Program-made: the position numbers and the translations under genes
Part shown: in pieces, positions 8,820-17,737 of the stretch
Layout of the letters: each line of letters starts with the position of its first letter
How positions within the stretch are numbered: position 1 is the stretch's first letter
Assembly: GCA_944326265.1 (NCBI GenBank)
Contig: CALVDE010000005.1
Coordinates: 28,729-92,728 of the forward strand
Origin: an uncultured Bacteroidales bacterium
GTDB lineage: Bacteria; Bacteroidota; Bacteroidia; Bacteroidales; UBA932
Length of the DNA: 64,000 nucleotides
Direction of reading: 5' to 3'
Notes under the pieces: model-generated
Databases searched by the model: none
Seen by the model: the letters and a program-made list of their open reading frames with translations, nothing else
What the model was told of the DNA's origin: nothing

Positions 8820-9224
8820 TCACATGGATATGGCCAGCAGTCTGCGGCCCAGCTCGTGAGCTGCGGACTCAATCTTCTCCAGCTGTTTCTCGGATATGTA
8901 CTGGTCGCCTAATTTGTAATGTCTCATCAGGGAGGGAGATATACCGGCGAGCGCAGCGAACTTGGAGGCGTTGATGCAGTCAAACTGATTGAAGAAGGCC
9001 GACACATCGTACTTGTACTCAAATATCAGATCCTTCAGCTCATCAGGCACGGCCTCTCCGCTGTCCGTGTAGCTGTTGATGACTTCCTTGTAGGCAGTAA
9101 GGAAGTCGGCTTTTGCGGCCTCCACGCTCATACCGGAGCCGCTTATTACGGAATCTTTCAAATCCGGAGTATATACCCCGTATCCGTTCTCGTCTTTCTC
9201 AATAATAGCCAAAGTCTTTCTCAT
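8820..9224 (-). CDS. hicB: HicB-family antitoxin (N-terminal HicB fold + C-terminal HTH)
   Basis: MRKTLAIIEKDENGYGVYTPDL...VEAAKADF is the HicB-like RNase H-fold start. The C-terminus FAALAGISPSLMRHYKLG is HTH-like. The gene lies directly downstream of hicA. Confidence 0.8.
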   Translation of the reverse strand: MRKTLAIIEKDENGYGVYTPDLKDSVISGSGMSVEAAKADFLTAYKEVINSYTDSGEAVPDELKDLIFEYKYDVSAFFNQFDCINASKFAALAGISPSLMRHYKLGDQYISEKQLEKIESAAHELGRRLLAISM

Positions 9225-9251
9225 GTTATTTTGCTTTTTAAGACAGGGGAG

Positions 9252-9437
9252 TCATTCTTCCCCTATCTGTTTCAACAATCTTTTCATCAGTCCCGGTCTT
9301 ATTTCCTGGGACCAGTGCCGCTCGATGACCAGCGAACCGCTCCGTTCCGGATGTCGGTAAATGTCGTGGTTGCCGCCGCTGCGGTAGCAGTACCACCCTT
9401 TGCTTCTCGCTAATTTCTCAAATTCATTCCATTTCAT
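9252..9437 (-). CDS. hicA: HicA-family mRNA interferase toxin
   Basis: The 61-aa product MKWNEFEKLARSKGWYCYRSGGNHDIYRHPERSGSLVIERHWSQEIRPGLMKRLLKQ matches the YcfA/HicA pattern (G..H..Y.h......v..H). Confidence 0.85.
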   Translation of the reverse strand: MKWNEFEKLARSKGWYCYRSGGNHDIYRHPERSGSLVIERHWSQEIRPGLMKRLLKQIGEE

Positions 9438-9473
9438 AGAACTCTGTAATGTTTGTTTGACAATGCAAATATA

Positions 9474-9487
9474 TCACAAAAATGTGA
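9474..9487. promoter_or_regulatory. Palindrome TCACA-AAAA-TGTGA in the hicAB promoter region (candidate HicB operator)
   Basis: A perfect 5-4-5 inverted repeat between int and hicA. It is flanked by two ATTTGCAT direct repeats and a TATATTTG -7 box on the minus strand. Confidence 0.4.
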
Positions 9488-9507
9488 GTTATGCAAATTT
9501 TTATTTG

Positions 9508-10692
9508 TTAAAAGTCGGAACTGTGATGCCTGATGGCCTCGTTGGCCTCCTCGATGTCGTGGGGAGTGTACAGGTCTGTCATCAGCAGGGAGTGGTGCCG
9601 TGCCTGGTTGCGTACGCTCAGCAGGTCGGTGTTCGCCTTGATCAGGTCGGTGATCCCGGTATCCTTGAGCGAGTAGAACTTGTAGTTGGGAGGGAAATGC
9701 AGGTTCTTCCGGACATAGTGCGTCCAGTAGTCCGTGAATATCTTGTTGCTTCGCTGGCCGGAGCCGGGGCGCATCTTGTCCGAGAACAGGTAGTAGCTGT
9801 CGGGATAGCGGAAGATGTCCAGCTCCATCATCAGCTTCAGGACTTTGTCCGGGAGTGTGACGGTGCCGTCCTTGCGGTTCTTGCTCGAGTAGTCAGGAAT
9901 GAAGATGGTGCCGCGCTTAACAGAAATGTGCTTCAGCTGGATGTAGCTCATCTCCTTGGGCCTGATGAAGCAGTAATAGAGGATGTAGCATGCCAGGAGG
10001 AAATGCCGGTTGTTCTTCTCGGCGAACTCCTTCAGCCTGGCCATGTCGGCCTTGGCTATGATGCTGCGGTTCTTCCTGGACTTCTTTTTTCCGAGAGACG
10101 AGATGCCGGCGGTTATGTCAGTGCTGACGTACTGCTTCTCCAGCAGGAATTTCGCGAAGTGCTTGAGCCAGTTCAGATAGTTGTCGCGGGTAGTGCTCGA
10201 GAGTCCCTTGTCGAGCCAGATTCAGTCCAGGAACCGGACACAGAAAGTGTGGTCCACCTGGTAGATGTAGTTCTTCGGCCGTGGCTGCGATGCGTTCCAT
10301 TCCAGCATTATATTAAGGTAGGATCGGTAACCCTTGCATGTTTTCTCCCTCAGCAGATCCTCCTGCAGGAGTTTGGACAGATAAGCCTCGTATGCCTCGC
10401 AGGCATCCTGCAGGGTGGAGTAGGTGGCTCCGGAGGCTGCCTGTATCCACGGGTTCCACCCGGCCTGCAGCTCCTCGAAGATGCGGCTCATCAGGTCGGA
10501 GGCGTAGATCCTGCGGTCGCGTTTGTTGGAAATGTTGTTGAGCTTGAATTTCTTTCTGCGCATTGTTCCGCTCGCAGGATCGAAGGCGTAGAAGTCAACA
10601 TACCAGTCCTTGCCGATATGGAGTTTCGGCGGAGTGTAAAATTTTACGGCTGAACAACCGGACCGCTGATTGCGTTTTTGACTGAATTGCAT
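9508..10692 (-). pseudogene. Tyrosine recombinase/integrase interrupted by a single in-frame TGA (10222-10224)
   Basis: The N-terminal ORF (10222..10692, Arm/SAM-like) and the C-terminal catalytic ORF (9508..10044, with ARHHSLLMTDLY providing HxxR..Y) are in the same frame. The 59 codons between them (IWLDKGLSSTTRDNYLNWLKHFAKFLLEKQ...) are open. The total of ~394 codons is a normal integrase length. Confidence 0.85.
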
Positions 10693-10830
10693 TTTTTTTT
10701 GGAAGAATCGCCGTCCTTAGGCGACTCACCCAAAAAAATGCTGTTAAACTTGTCGTCCCGTTTCCGTCCCGGCTGAATACCGGGAGAGCCAGCTAAATTG
10801 CTGGCTCTCTGCTGGATATTCGGATTTTTG

Positions 10831-10903
<73 letters not shown>

Positions 10904-10912
10904 ATGTAGACT

Positions 10913-10920
10913 GCAAAAGT
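10913..10920 (-). promoter_or_regulatory. Bacteroidota -7 box TACTTTTG for tRNA-Met
   Basis: The reverse complement of CAAAAGTA matches TAnnTTTG and lies ~10 nt upstream of the tRNA 5' end. Confidence 0.6.
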
Positions 10921-10953
10921 AGATATACTTTTTTAATAATCCAAAAAATGGAG

Positions 10954-12312
10954 CTAAAAAATATCGGAAATTTTAACTTTTCTTTGTTCTCCGTTTTGTA
11001 TGTCCTTTATTGACAGTTCCTGACATGCGATTTCATCGTCTCCTGCCAGGATAACGTATTTGATGCCCTTTTTGTCTGCATACTCGAACTGTTTGCGCAG
11101 TTTTACAGGCTCCGGGTATATCTCGGCCGCATGCCCGGCAGCCCTGAATTTTGCTGCTGCGCTCAGAATGTACTCCAGTGAACTGCCTCCCATATTGGCG
11201 AACAGATATTCTGTGCCTCTTACGGCTTCCTTGGGGAATTTGTCCAGTCCGGTCAGCACATCGTATATTCTGTCGGCGCCGAAGGAGATGCCCACTCCTG
11301 AAGTGTCCGGGAGACCGAATATGCCGGTGAGATCGTCGTACCTTCCGCCTCCGCAGATGCTTCCGATGGCGAAATCCAGGGCCTTGACCTCAAATATGGC
11401 ACCGGTGTAATAGTTGAGACCCCTGGCGAGTGAGAGTGAGAATTCGACTTCTGTGGCAATGCCTGCTGATGTGATGAGGCCGAAGAGTTCCTCCAGTTCG
11501 TCGAGTCCGATCTGTCCGATGGCCGAGCCTGCCAGCAGTTTCCTCATTTCCGCGATCTTGCTGCTGTTTGTTCCGCTGAGGGAGAGCACCGGCTCTATCC
11601 TGGCGATGCTTTCAGGCAGTACCCCTCTTTCGGCCAGCTCGGCTTTTACTGCATCGATTCCGGTCTTCTCTATCTTGTCGATTGCCACGGTGATGTCGGT
11701 GAGCTTGTCAGGCTGACCGGAGACCTCGGCCAGACCTGCCAGTACCTTTCTGTTGTTGATCTGTATCCTGACCCGGATGCCGAGTGTCCTGAACACCTCG
11801 TCGGTGATCTGTACCAGTTCGAGCTCGTTGAGCAGGGACCTGCTTCCTATGACATCCACGTCGCACTGATAGAACTCGCGGTAGCGGCCTTTCTGGGGCC
11901 TGTCAGCTCTCCATACCGGCTGGATCTGGTACCGCTTGAACGGGAATGTCAGTTCGTTGCGGTGCTGTACCACGAACCGCGCGAAAGGTACCGTCAGGTC
12001 ATAGCGCAGCCCTTTTTCGCAGACTCTCAGGGCCAGGGCGTTGCTGCCTGCTTCGGATAACTCGGCGGACGGCAGCTGCCGGATGTCCTTGAATGCGTCT
12101 CCTGAGTTGAGTATCTTGAACAGCAGTCTGTCGCCTTCTTCTCCGTATTTGCCCAGCAGGGTGGACAGATTCTCCATTGCCGGGGTCTCGATGGGGGAAT
12201 ATCCGTATTTTCTGAATACAGACCTCACTGTGTCGAAGATGTAGTCTCTGCCGGCCATTTCTGAGGGGCCGAAATCTCTGGTGCCTTTGGGTATGGATGG
12301 TTTCTGTGTCAT
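10954..12312 (-). CDS. hisS: Histidine--tRNA ligase
   Basis: PKGTRDFGPSEM...YGYSPIETPAMENLSTLLGKYGEEGDRLLFKIL and class II aaRS motifs; 452 aa. Confidence 0.95.
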   Translation of the reverse strand: MTQKPSIPKGTRDFGPSEMAGRDYIFDTVRSVFRKYGYSPIETPAMENLSTLLGKYGEEGDRLLFKILNSGDAFKDIRQLPSAELSEAGSNALALRVCEKGLRYDLTVPFARFVVQHRNELTFPFKRYQIQPVWRADRPQKGRYREFYQCDVDVIGSRSLLNELELVQITDEVFRTLGIRVRIQINNRKVLAGLAEVSGQPDKLTDITVAIDKIEKTGIDAVKAELAERGVLPESIARIEPVLSLSGTNSSKIAEMRKLLAGSAIGQIGLDELEELFGLITSAGIATEVEFSLSLARGLNYYTGAIFEVKALDFAIGSICGGGRYDDLTGIFGLPDTSGVGISFGADRIYDVLTGLDKFPKEAVRGTEYLFANMGGSSLEYILSAAAKFRAAGHAAEIYPEPVKLRKQFEYADKKGIKYVILAGDDEIACQELSIKDIQNGEQRKVKISDIF

Positions 12313-12378
12313 TATTGTTGAATTTGGTTCTGCAAATTTAGAAAGTGTTTTTTACTTTTGCGCATAAATTTAAAAATC

Positions 12379-12930
12379 ATGGAAATTACAGAAACAGGAA
12401 TAGAGGGTCTTCTTGTTGTGGACCCAAAGGTCTTCGGGGATGCCAGGGGGTATTTCATGGAGGTGTTCTCGGAGAGGGATTTCAGGGCAGCGACAGGTCT
12501 GGACGTACATTTCGTGCAGGACAACGAGTCCATGTCATCCAAGGGCGTGCTGCGCGGACTGCATTTCCAGAAAGCGCCTCATGCCCAGTCCAAGCTGGTG
12601 AGAGTGGTGCGCGGCAGCGTGCAGGACGTGGCGGTGGACATGAGGGCTGGCTCGCCTACTTTCGGAAAGTATTTCTCAGTGCTGCTCAGTGCGGAGAACA
12701 AGCGTATGTTCTATATTCCGGAGGGATTTGCTCACGGTTTTCTGACTCTTGAGGACGGAACGGTGTTCCAGTACAAATGCGGAAGCTTCTATGAGCCTTC
12801 ATCCGAGGGATCGGTGCGGTGGAACGACCCGGAGATAGGGATTGAGTGGATGATGCGCGGCTGCGATTATATCCTGTCGGAGAAGGACAGAAAGGCTCCT
12901 CTGTTGTCAGAACAGCCTTATCGCTTTTGA
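12379..12930 (+). CDS. rfbC: dTDP-4-dehydrorhamnose 3,5-epimerase
   Basis: MEITETGIEGLLVVDPKVFGDARGYFMEVF...GVLRGLHFQ...KLVRVVRGSVQDVAVD. The ATG at 12379 is preferred over the TTG at 12358 used by the ORF track. Confidence 0.9.
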   Translation: MEITETGIEGLLVVDPKVFGDARGYFMEVFSERDFRAATGLDVHFVQDNESMSSKGVLRGLHFQKAPHAQSKLVRVVRGSVQDVAVDMRAGSPTFGKYFSVLLSAENKRMFYIPEGFAHGFLTLEDGTVFQYKCGSFYEPSSEGSVRWNDPEIGIEWMMRGCDYILSEKDRKAPLLSEQPYRF

Positions 12931-13770
12931 CAGGCTCCTTTCCCAAAGCGGAACTTTTACGCCGAATACCGTGCGTATCAGACTTTTGTCCAGTACTGCA
13001 CAGACCGGACGCCTGGCCGGTGTCGGATAGCTCGAAGTGGGTACAGGCACGACTTCGCACTCCAGCCTGCGGAGTTTCATGATCTTGTCCGCAAATTCGG
13101 CCCTTGAGCAGCTGCCTTCGTCCGAGTAGTGGAATACCTCGCCGTATCTGGGGGTGCCGTCAAGTTGCGGAAGGATGTGCAGAATCGCCTCGGCCAGGTC
13201 TCTGGCGTATGTGGGGCTGCCTGTCTGGTCCGATACGACATTGACGAAGTCTTCTTCCTCGCCCAGGCGGATCATCGTCCTGACGAAATTCTTCTTGCCA
13301 AGGGGAGAATACAGCCAGGAGGTGCGTATTATGATGGAGAGGCAACCGGACCGCTTGACAGCCAGCTCGCCGGCGAGTTTTGTCCTTCCATACTCGGACA
13401 GGGGATCTGGCCGGTCGCTCTCGTGATACGGAGTTCGTCTTTCTCCGTTGAAAACGAAATCAGTGGATATATGAATAAGGTATATGCCGTGCCGTGCAGC
13501 GGCCTCAGCCAGGTTCATCGGACCCGTAACGTTGATCCGGATGGCAGGAGCGGAGTCTGCTTCGGCTCCGTCCACGTCATTGTATGCGGCGCAGTTGATT
13601 ATCTTGGTGATGGAATGCCCGGATATAAAATCCTCTACGGCTCCGGCATCCGTGATGTCGAGCTGTCCGAAGTCGGTGTAGAAACAGCGGCAGTCTCCGC
13701 GCTTGTCCAGAAGAGTTCTCAGTTCGCTGCCCAGTTGTCCGTCAGCTCCGGTAATCAGAATGTTTTCCAT
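12907..13770 (-). CDS. rfbD: dTDP-4-dehydrorhamnose reductase
   Basis: MENILITGADGQLGSEL Rossmann start, then ...YHISTDFVF...YGRTKLAGE. The ATG at 13770 is preferred over the alternative start at 13791. Confidence 0.9.
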   Translation of the reverse strand: MENILITGADGQLGSELRTLLDKRGDCRCFYTDFGQLDITDAGAVEDFISGHSITKIINCAAYNDVDGAEADSAPAIRINVTGPMNLAEAAARHGIYLIHISTDFVFNGERRTPYHESDRPDPLSEYGRTKLAGELAVKRSGCLSIIIRTSWLYSPLGKKNFVRTMIRLGEEEDFVNVVSDQTGSPTYARDLAEAILHILPQLDGTPRYGEVFHYSDEGSCSRAEFADKIMKLRRLECEVVPVPTSSYPTPARRPVCAVLDKSLIRTVFGVKVPLWERSLSKAIRLF

Positions 13771-13819
13771 ATTTGCAAAATTGTCGGACAAAGATACTCA
13801 AATCATAATCTAAAAAAAC

Positions 13820-13827
13820 TATCTTTG
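13820..13827 (+). promoter_or_regulatory. -7 box TATCTTTG upstream of the DUF4290-ftsK operon
   Basis: Exact TAnnTTTG match 17 nt before the ATG at 13844. Confidence 0.55.
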
Positions 13828-13843
13828 TGGAAATTTTTACGAA

Positions 13844-14506
13844 ATGGATTATAATACTAACAGAGAAAAGTTGATTATGCCCGAATACGGCAGGCATATT
13901 CAGAAAATGATAGAGCATGTCAAGCAGATTCCCGACAGGGACAAGCGCAACGAGCAGATCAGGGCAGTGGTGTCGGTTATGGCGATACTTAATCCGCAGC
14001 TGTCGGAGCAACCTGACTACATGCACAAGCTGTGGGACCATGTACAGATAATAGCCGGTTTCGACATAGACGTGGATGCACCTTATCCCGTGCCTGCGCG
14101 GGAGGCTTTCACTGCTCCCCCTGATGTGGTTCCGATGCCCAAGGAACCCCTTGCGGCAGCGCATTACGGCCGTAATATACAGAATATGGTGAAAGTCATA
14201 GCCGCAATGCCGGAAGACGAGACCAGGGACAGGATGATAAAGTCCATGGCCGTGTACATGCGGCAGCAGTATCTGATATGGAATAAGGATACGGTCTCTG
14301 ACGAGACGATATTCAAGGACATCGAGAGACTTTCTGACGGCCGGCTCAAGGTCCCGTCTCATATTCATCTTGAGTCAATCTCTGAAAAGGAGAAGTTCAG
14401 CCGTCCGGGAATAATACTGCCCAGCGGGCAGGACAGGGGACAGTTCAGGAAGCAGGGCCGCAACAAGAACAACCGGAACAACAGGAACAAATGGAAAAAG
14501 CAGTAG
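13844..14506 (+). CDS. DUF4290 domain-containing protein
   Basis: MDYNTNREKLIMPEYGRHIQKMIEHV...HKLWDHVQIIAGFDIDVDAPYP matches the conserved DUF4290 N-terminus as I recall it. Placement upstream of ftsK is typical. Confidence 0.8.
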   Translation: MDYNTNREKLIMPEYGRHIQKMIEHVKQIPDRDKRNEQIRAVVSVMAILNPQLSEQPDYMHKLWDHVQIIAGFDIDVDAPYPVPAREAFTAPPDVVPMPKEPLAAAHYGRNIQNMVKVIAAMPEDETRDRMIKSMAVYMRQQYLIWNKDTVSDETIFKDIERLSDGRLKVPSHIHLESISEKEKFSRPGIILPSGQDRGQFRKQGRNKNNRNNRNKWKKQ

Positions 14507-17043
14507 GGGAGGGGAAGAAAAAAAAGAAGTCGCGGGTTCGGAAATCCGTTCCGGCCGTTTATATGCTGCTGCACAATGAGGTGGTCCGCTTTGTGCTTGG
14601 CGTTGTGTTTTCCCTGCTCGCGGTATTCACTCTGGTTTCGATTGTCTCGTATCTCTTTACCTGGGGCAGGGACCAGAGCCTGCTTACAGATGACAATGTT
14701 TTCGATAATGTAGTTACTGCCGAGAATACGGGAGGAAAGGTCGGATTCTTCTATGCCAGACTCTTGGTCTCCAGGTGGTTCGGCCTGGGAGCATTTATCA
14801 TACCTTTCTTTTTTGCAGGTCTTGCCGTCTATTGTTTCAGAAAGCGCGGCATAAGGCTGATGCGTCTGTTTGTCCTGTCGCTGACAGGCTGTATAGTCCT
14901 TTCGGTGCTGTTCTCCTATATTTTTTCTTTCACTCCTGCCAGGACAATGTTCGGGGACGGGGCCGGAGGCTCTTACGGATATTATATCAATGAGTGGCTT
15001 GTCTCCATGACCGGGGAGTTCGGAGCTGCATGTATCATTCTGTTTTTCCTTATTCTGTGGGCAGTTATGCTCAACACCAGGATAGTCGGCAGAATCACGG
15101 CTTTCTTTGACTCTCTGATTGCCCGGCACGAGGCCAGGCGCGCTGCCGCTGCGGCCGCCAGGGAAGAGGAGGCTGCCCGGTCAGGCTCTGCTGATGAGAC
15201 GGAGTCTGTCGGGGACGGTGAGACGGAGGAAGAGGACGGGACGCGGGACGAAGAGTCCGTGGAAGAGGAAGAGGCAGTTCCTGAGCAGGATGCTGAGGGA
15301 TTTCTGGATGGAGGTATCGAGCTTGACGCAGATGCGGACAGCGGCGGCGGAACCGGTGATGAGCCGGGATTTGAGGTCATACCGTCCGTGCCGCAGGATC
15401 CTGAGCCGGTGCAGGCGGCAGATGCAGAGGCTGCAGGAGCCGGTGGAGATGATGATGAAGTTCCGCCGATACAGGTACTTGGGGCGGATCCTTCGGATTT
15501 TTCAGCCTCGCTTTCCGATGAGCAGTGGAAGACCCGCTATGATCCCCGTCTGAGCCTGTCCAATTACAGAATGCCGGATCTTTCTCTGCTGAAGGATTAC
15601 TCTGACCAGCTGTACGACGTGTCGCGGGAGGAACTGGAGAATACCAACCGCAGGATTGTGTCTACATTGAAGGATTACAAGATCAGCATATCCAGAATAT
15701 CGGCCAGGGTAGGACCGACGGTGACTCTTTATGAGGTGGTTCCTGCTCCTGGAGTGCGTGTGGCTCAGATTATGAGGCTGGAGGAGGATATCGCAAGGTC
15801 GCTGGCCGCAAAAGGTGTGCGTGTGGTCATGTTGAGAGGTACAAATGCTATCGGTATCGAGGTGGCCAATGAGAAACCCAGCATCGTCTCCATGCGGTCG
15901 ATTCTGAGCGATCAGAAATTCATGGCGGCCAAGTATGACCTGCCTGTGGTGATAGGAAGAACTATATCCAACGAGGCGTATTCGTTCGACCTGGCCAAGA
16001 TGCCGCATCTGCTGGTTGCCGGTGCTACGGGTCAGGGTAAATCAGTGGGACTCAATGCTATAATTACTTCGCTGCTATACAGGAAGCATCCGGCGGAGCT
16101 GAAATTCGTCCTGGTTGACCCCAAAAAGGTGGAGCTGTCGCTGTATACGCCTTTGGAAAAGCATTATCTGGCCAAGATGCCGGATTCGGAGGATGCCATC
16201 ATCACGGATACGAAACGTGTGGTGTATACTCTGCGCTCACTGTGCAGGCTGATGGATCACCGGTATGATCTGCTGAAGGCAGCGTCGGTCCGCAATGTCA
16301 AGGAGTACAATGAGAAGTTCCTTTCACGCAGGCTCAATCCCTACAAGGGGCATGAGTACATGCCATATATCGTGGTGATTATAGACGAGTTCGCCGACCT
16401 GCTCATGACGGCGGGCCGCGAGGTGGAGGAGCCCATCGCCCGTCTGGCCCAGCTTGCCAGGGCCATCGGCATCCATCTTGTGATAGCGACACAGAGACCG
16501 ACAACCAATATTATTACCGGTACTATCAAGGCCAATTTCCCGGCCCGTATCGCTTTCAGGGTGATGTCCAGCGTGGATTCCAAGACCATCCTGGATCAGA
16601 CCGGGGCCAACCAGCTGGTAGGCAGGGGAGACATGCTTATCTCGACCGGAAGCAGCGAACCGGTGAGGGTGCAGTGTGCGTTTGTTGATACTCCAGAGGT
16701 GGAAAAAGTAGCCGGATTCATCGCTTCTCAGGCAGGCTTCGGAGGCGCTTACATATTGCCGGAATGTGATATGGATGATGCGTCAGGTACTCAGGCTGCG
16801 GGCAAGACTCAGGGCGGAGCCAGGGATGAGCTCTTCAAGGAGGCCGCAAGGCTGATTGTCCGCGAACAGGTAGGCTCGACTTCTCTTATTCAGAGAAAGA
16901 TGAACCTGGGATACAACCGTGCGGGCCGTATCATGGACCAGCTTGAGGATGCCGGCATCGTTGGTCCGTCCGAGGGCAGCAAGCCGCGTCAGGTCCGTAT
17001 CACCAGTCTGGAATCCCTGGATGAACTGCTTTCGACTTTATGA
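14491..17043 (+). CDS. ftsK: DNA translocase FtsK/SpoIIIE
   Basis: N-terminal TM helices, an acidic linker, the Walker A motif GATGQGKS, ...VVIIDEFADL..., and a C-terminal gamma winged helix LIQRKMNLGYNRAGRIMDQLE. Confidence 0.93.
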   Translation: MEKAVGEGKKKKKSRVRKSVPAVYMLLHNEVVRFVLGVVFSLLAVFTLVSIVSYLFTWGRDQSLLTDDNVFDNVVTAENTGGKVGFFYARLLVSRWFGLGAFIIPFFFAGLAVYCFRKRGIRLMRLFVLSLTGCIVLSVLFSYIFSFTPARTMFGDGAGGSYGYYINEWLVSMTGEFGAACIILFFLILWAVMLNTRIVGRITAFFDSLIARHEARRAAAAAAREEEAARSGSADETESVGDGETEEEDGTRDEESVEEEEAVPEQDAEGFLDGGIELDADADSGGGTGDEPGFEVIPSVPQDPEPVQAADAEAAGAGGDDDEVPPIQVLGADPSDFSASLSDEQWKTRYDPRLSLSNYRMPDLSLLKDYSDQLYDVSREELENTNRRIVSTLKDYKISISRISARVGPTVTLYEVVPAPGVRVAQIMRLEEDIARSLAAKGVRVVMLRGTNAIGIEVANEKPSIVSMRSILSDQKFMAAKYDLPVVIGRTISNEAYSFDLAKMPHLLVAGATGQGKSVGLNAIITSLLYRKHPAELKFVLVDPKKVELSLYTPLEKHYLAKMPDSEDAIITDTKRVVYTLRSLCRLMDHRYDLLKAASVRNVKEYNEKFLSRRLNPYKGHEYMPYIVVIIDEFADLLMTAGREVEEPIARLAQLARAIGIHLVIATQRPTTNIITGTIKANFPARIAFRVMSSVDSKTILDQTGANQLVGRGDMLISTGSSEPVRVQCAFVDTPEVEKVAGFIASQAGFGGAYILPECDMDDASGTQAAGKTQGGARDELFKEAARLIVREQVGSTSLIQRKMNLGYNRAGRIMDQLEDAGIVGPSEGSKPRQVRITSLESLDELLSTL

Positions 17044-17053
17044 TTTTGAATTT

Positions 17054-17734
17054 ATGAGAATTTTTATAAAAAATATTTTTTTCATCCTGGCAGTATTGTC
17101 AGTCCTGCCTTATACCCTTACAGCGCAGGGCAGGATACCTCAGCCTAAGGAAGTACTGGTCTCCATGCAGGAGGCATTGAAGGGACTCGGAACGGCTGAT
17201 TTCGAGTTCTCGTTTCAGGCTTTCGGTCAGGACGGGGCCCTGCTGGGGGATGAAAGCGGTCATTTTGTGGCTCAGGGAGAGGCTTTCAGGCTCAGCACGG
17301 ATGTGATGACGGTCTTCTGTGACGGGCAGACCAAGTGGATCTATGATACGGTGAATGAGGAAGTGACGATATTTCCGCACGATGTGGCCTCGGTGGATCC
17401 GGCAGAGAATCCGTTTGCAGTGCTGATCAAGGCAGATGCTTCCATGTACAGTTTCAAAGGAGGAACTGATACGGATAAGGCCGGGGACGGTTCCGTACAG
17501 TATGTCATCAATATGGTGCCGAAGGACAAGGAACTGTCATTCACGTCTCTTCGGATAACAGTGACCGCAGATACATTCCTGCCCTGTGCCGTGGTCTATA
17601 TGAGCCGGACAGGGGACAGGTACAATCTCAGTATTGTCTCGGTGTCCCGGGCCGATGCCAGGCCGGAAGAGTTTTTCCGCCCCTCTCCTGAACTCATGGA
17701 CGATCCGGATATTTATATTACCGATATGCGCTAG
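17054..17734 (+). CDS. lolA: LolA-like outer-membrane lipoprotein carrier protein
   Basis: Signal peptide MRIFIKNIFFILAVLSVLPYTLTAQG, then ...FVAQGEAFRLSTDVMTVFCDGQTKWIYDTVNEEVTIF. The position after ftsK is typical. Confidence 0.7.
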   Translation: MRIFIKNIFFILAVLSVLPYTLTAQGRIPQPKEVLVSMQEALKGLGTADFEFSFQAFGQDGALLGDESGHFVAQGEAFRLSTDVMTVFCDGQTKWIYDTVNEEVTIFPHDVASVDPAENPFAVLIKADASMYSFKGGTDTDKAGDGSVQYVINMVPKDKELSFTSLRITVTADTFLPCAVVYMSRTGDRYNLSIVSVSRADARPEEFFRPSPELMDDPDIYITDMR

Positions 17735-17737
17735 CGG

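Larger units (their letters stand above)
640..10830. mobile_element. Integrated phage-derived element (tail module + HicAB + interrupted tyrosine integrase) beside the 3' end of tRNA-Met
   Basis: The integrase lies directly downstream of the tRNA 3' end. Tape-measure and large tail ORFs are translationally coupled. Host genes (maeB, hisS) flank the element. The boundaries are approximate because I found no clean att direct repeat. Confidence 0.7.

Noticed and set aside
10219-10227. The integrase TGA as programmed recoding (Trp under table 4, or selenocysteine)
   Set aside because: Other genes of the element and of the host end in TGA (tape-measure gene, hicA, hicB). I saw no SECIS-like hairpin immediately downstream. 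A single site is most simply a nonsense mutation. It is kept as a pseudogene call, with the caveat stated in the findings.
9400-10653. 417-aa plus-strand ORF covering the integrase locus, uninterrupted where the integrase has its TGA
   Set aside because: The translation is V/L/G/Q-rich with no domain signature. The minus strand carries clear integrase Arm/SAM and catalytic (HxxR...Y) sequence, so this is an antisense shadow ORF.
12907-12930. Convergent gene-end overlaps (rfbC/rfbD by 24 nt; GNAT-like/clpC by 34 nt at 22372-22405)
   Set aside because: Short 3'-3' overlaps are common in compact genomes, and no additional structure or frame anomaly is visible.
15119-15553. Highly acidic, E/D/A-rich stretch and overlapping ORFs inside ftsK as a separate gene or insertion
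   Set aside because: It is in frame within the FtsK ORF, between the membrane domain and the motor. Low-complexity linkers of this kind are normal for FtsK, and the overlapping ORFs are compositional artefacts.
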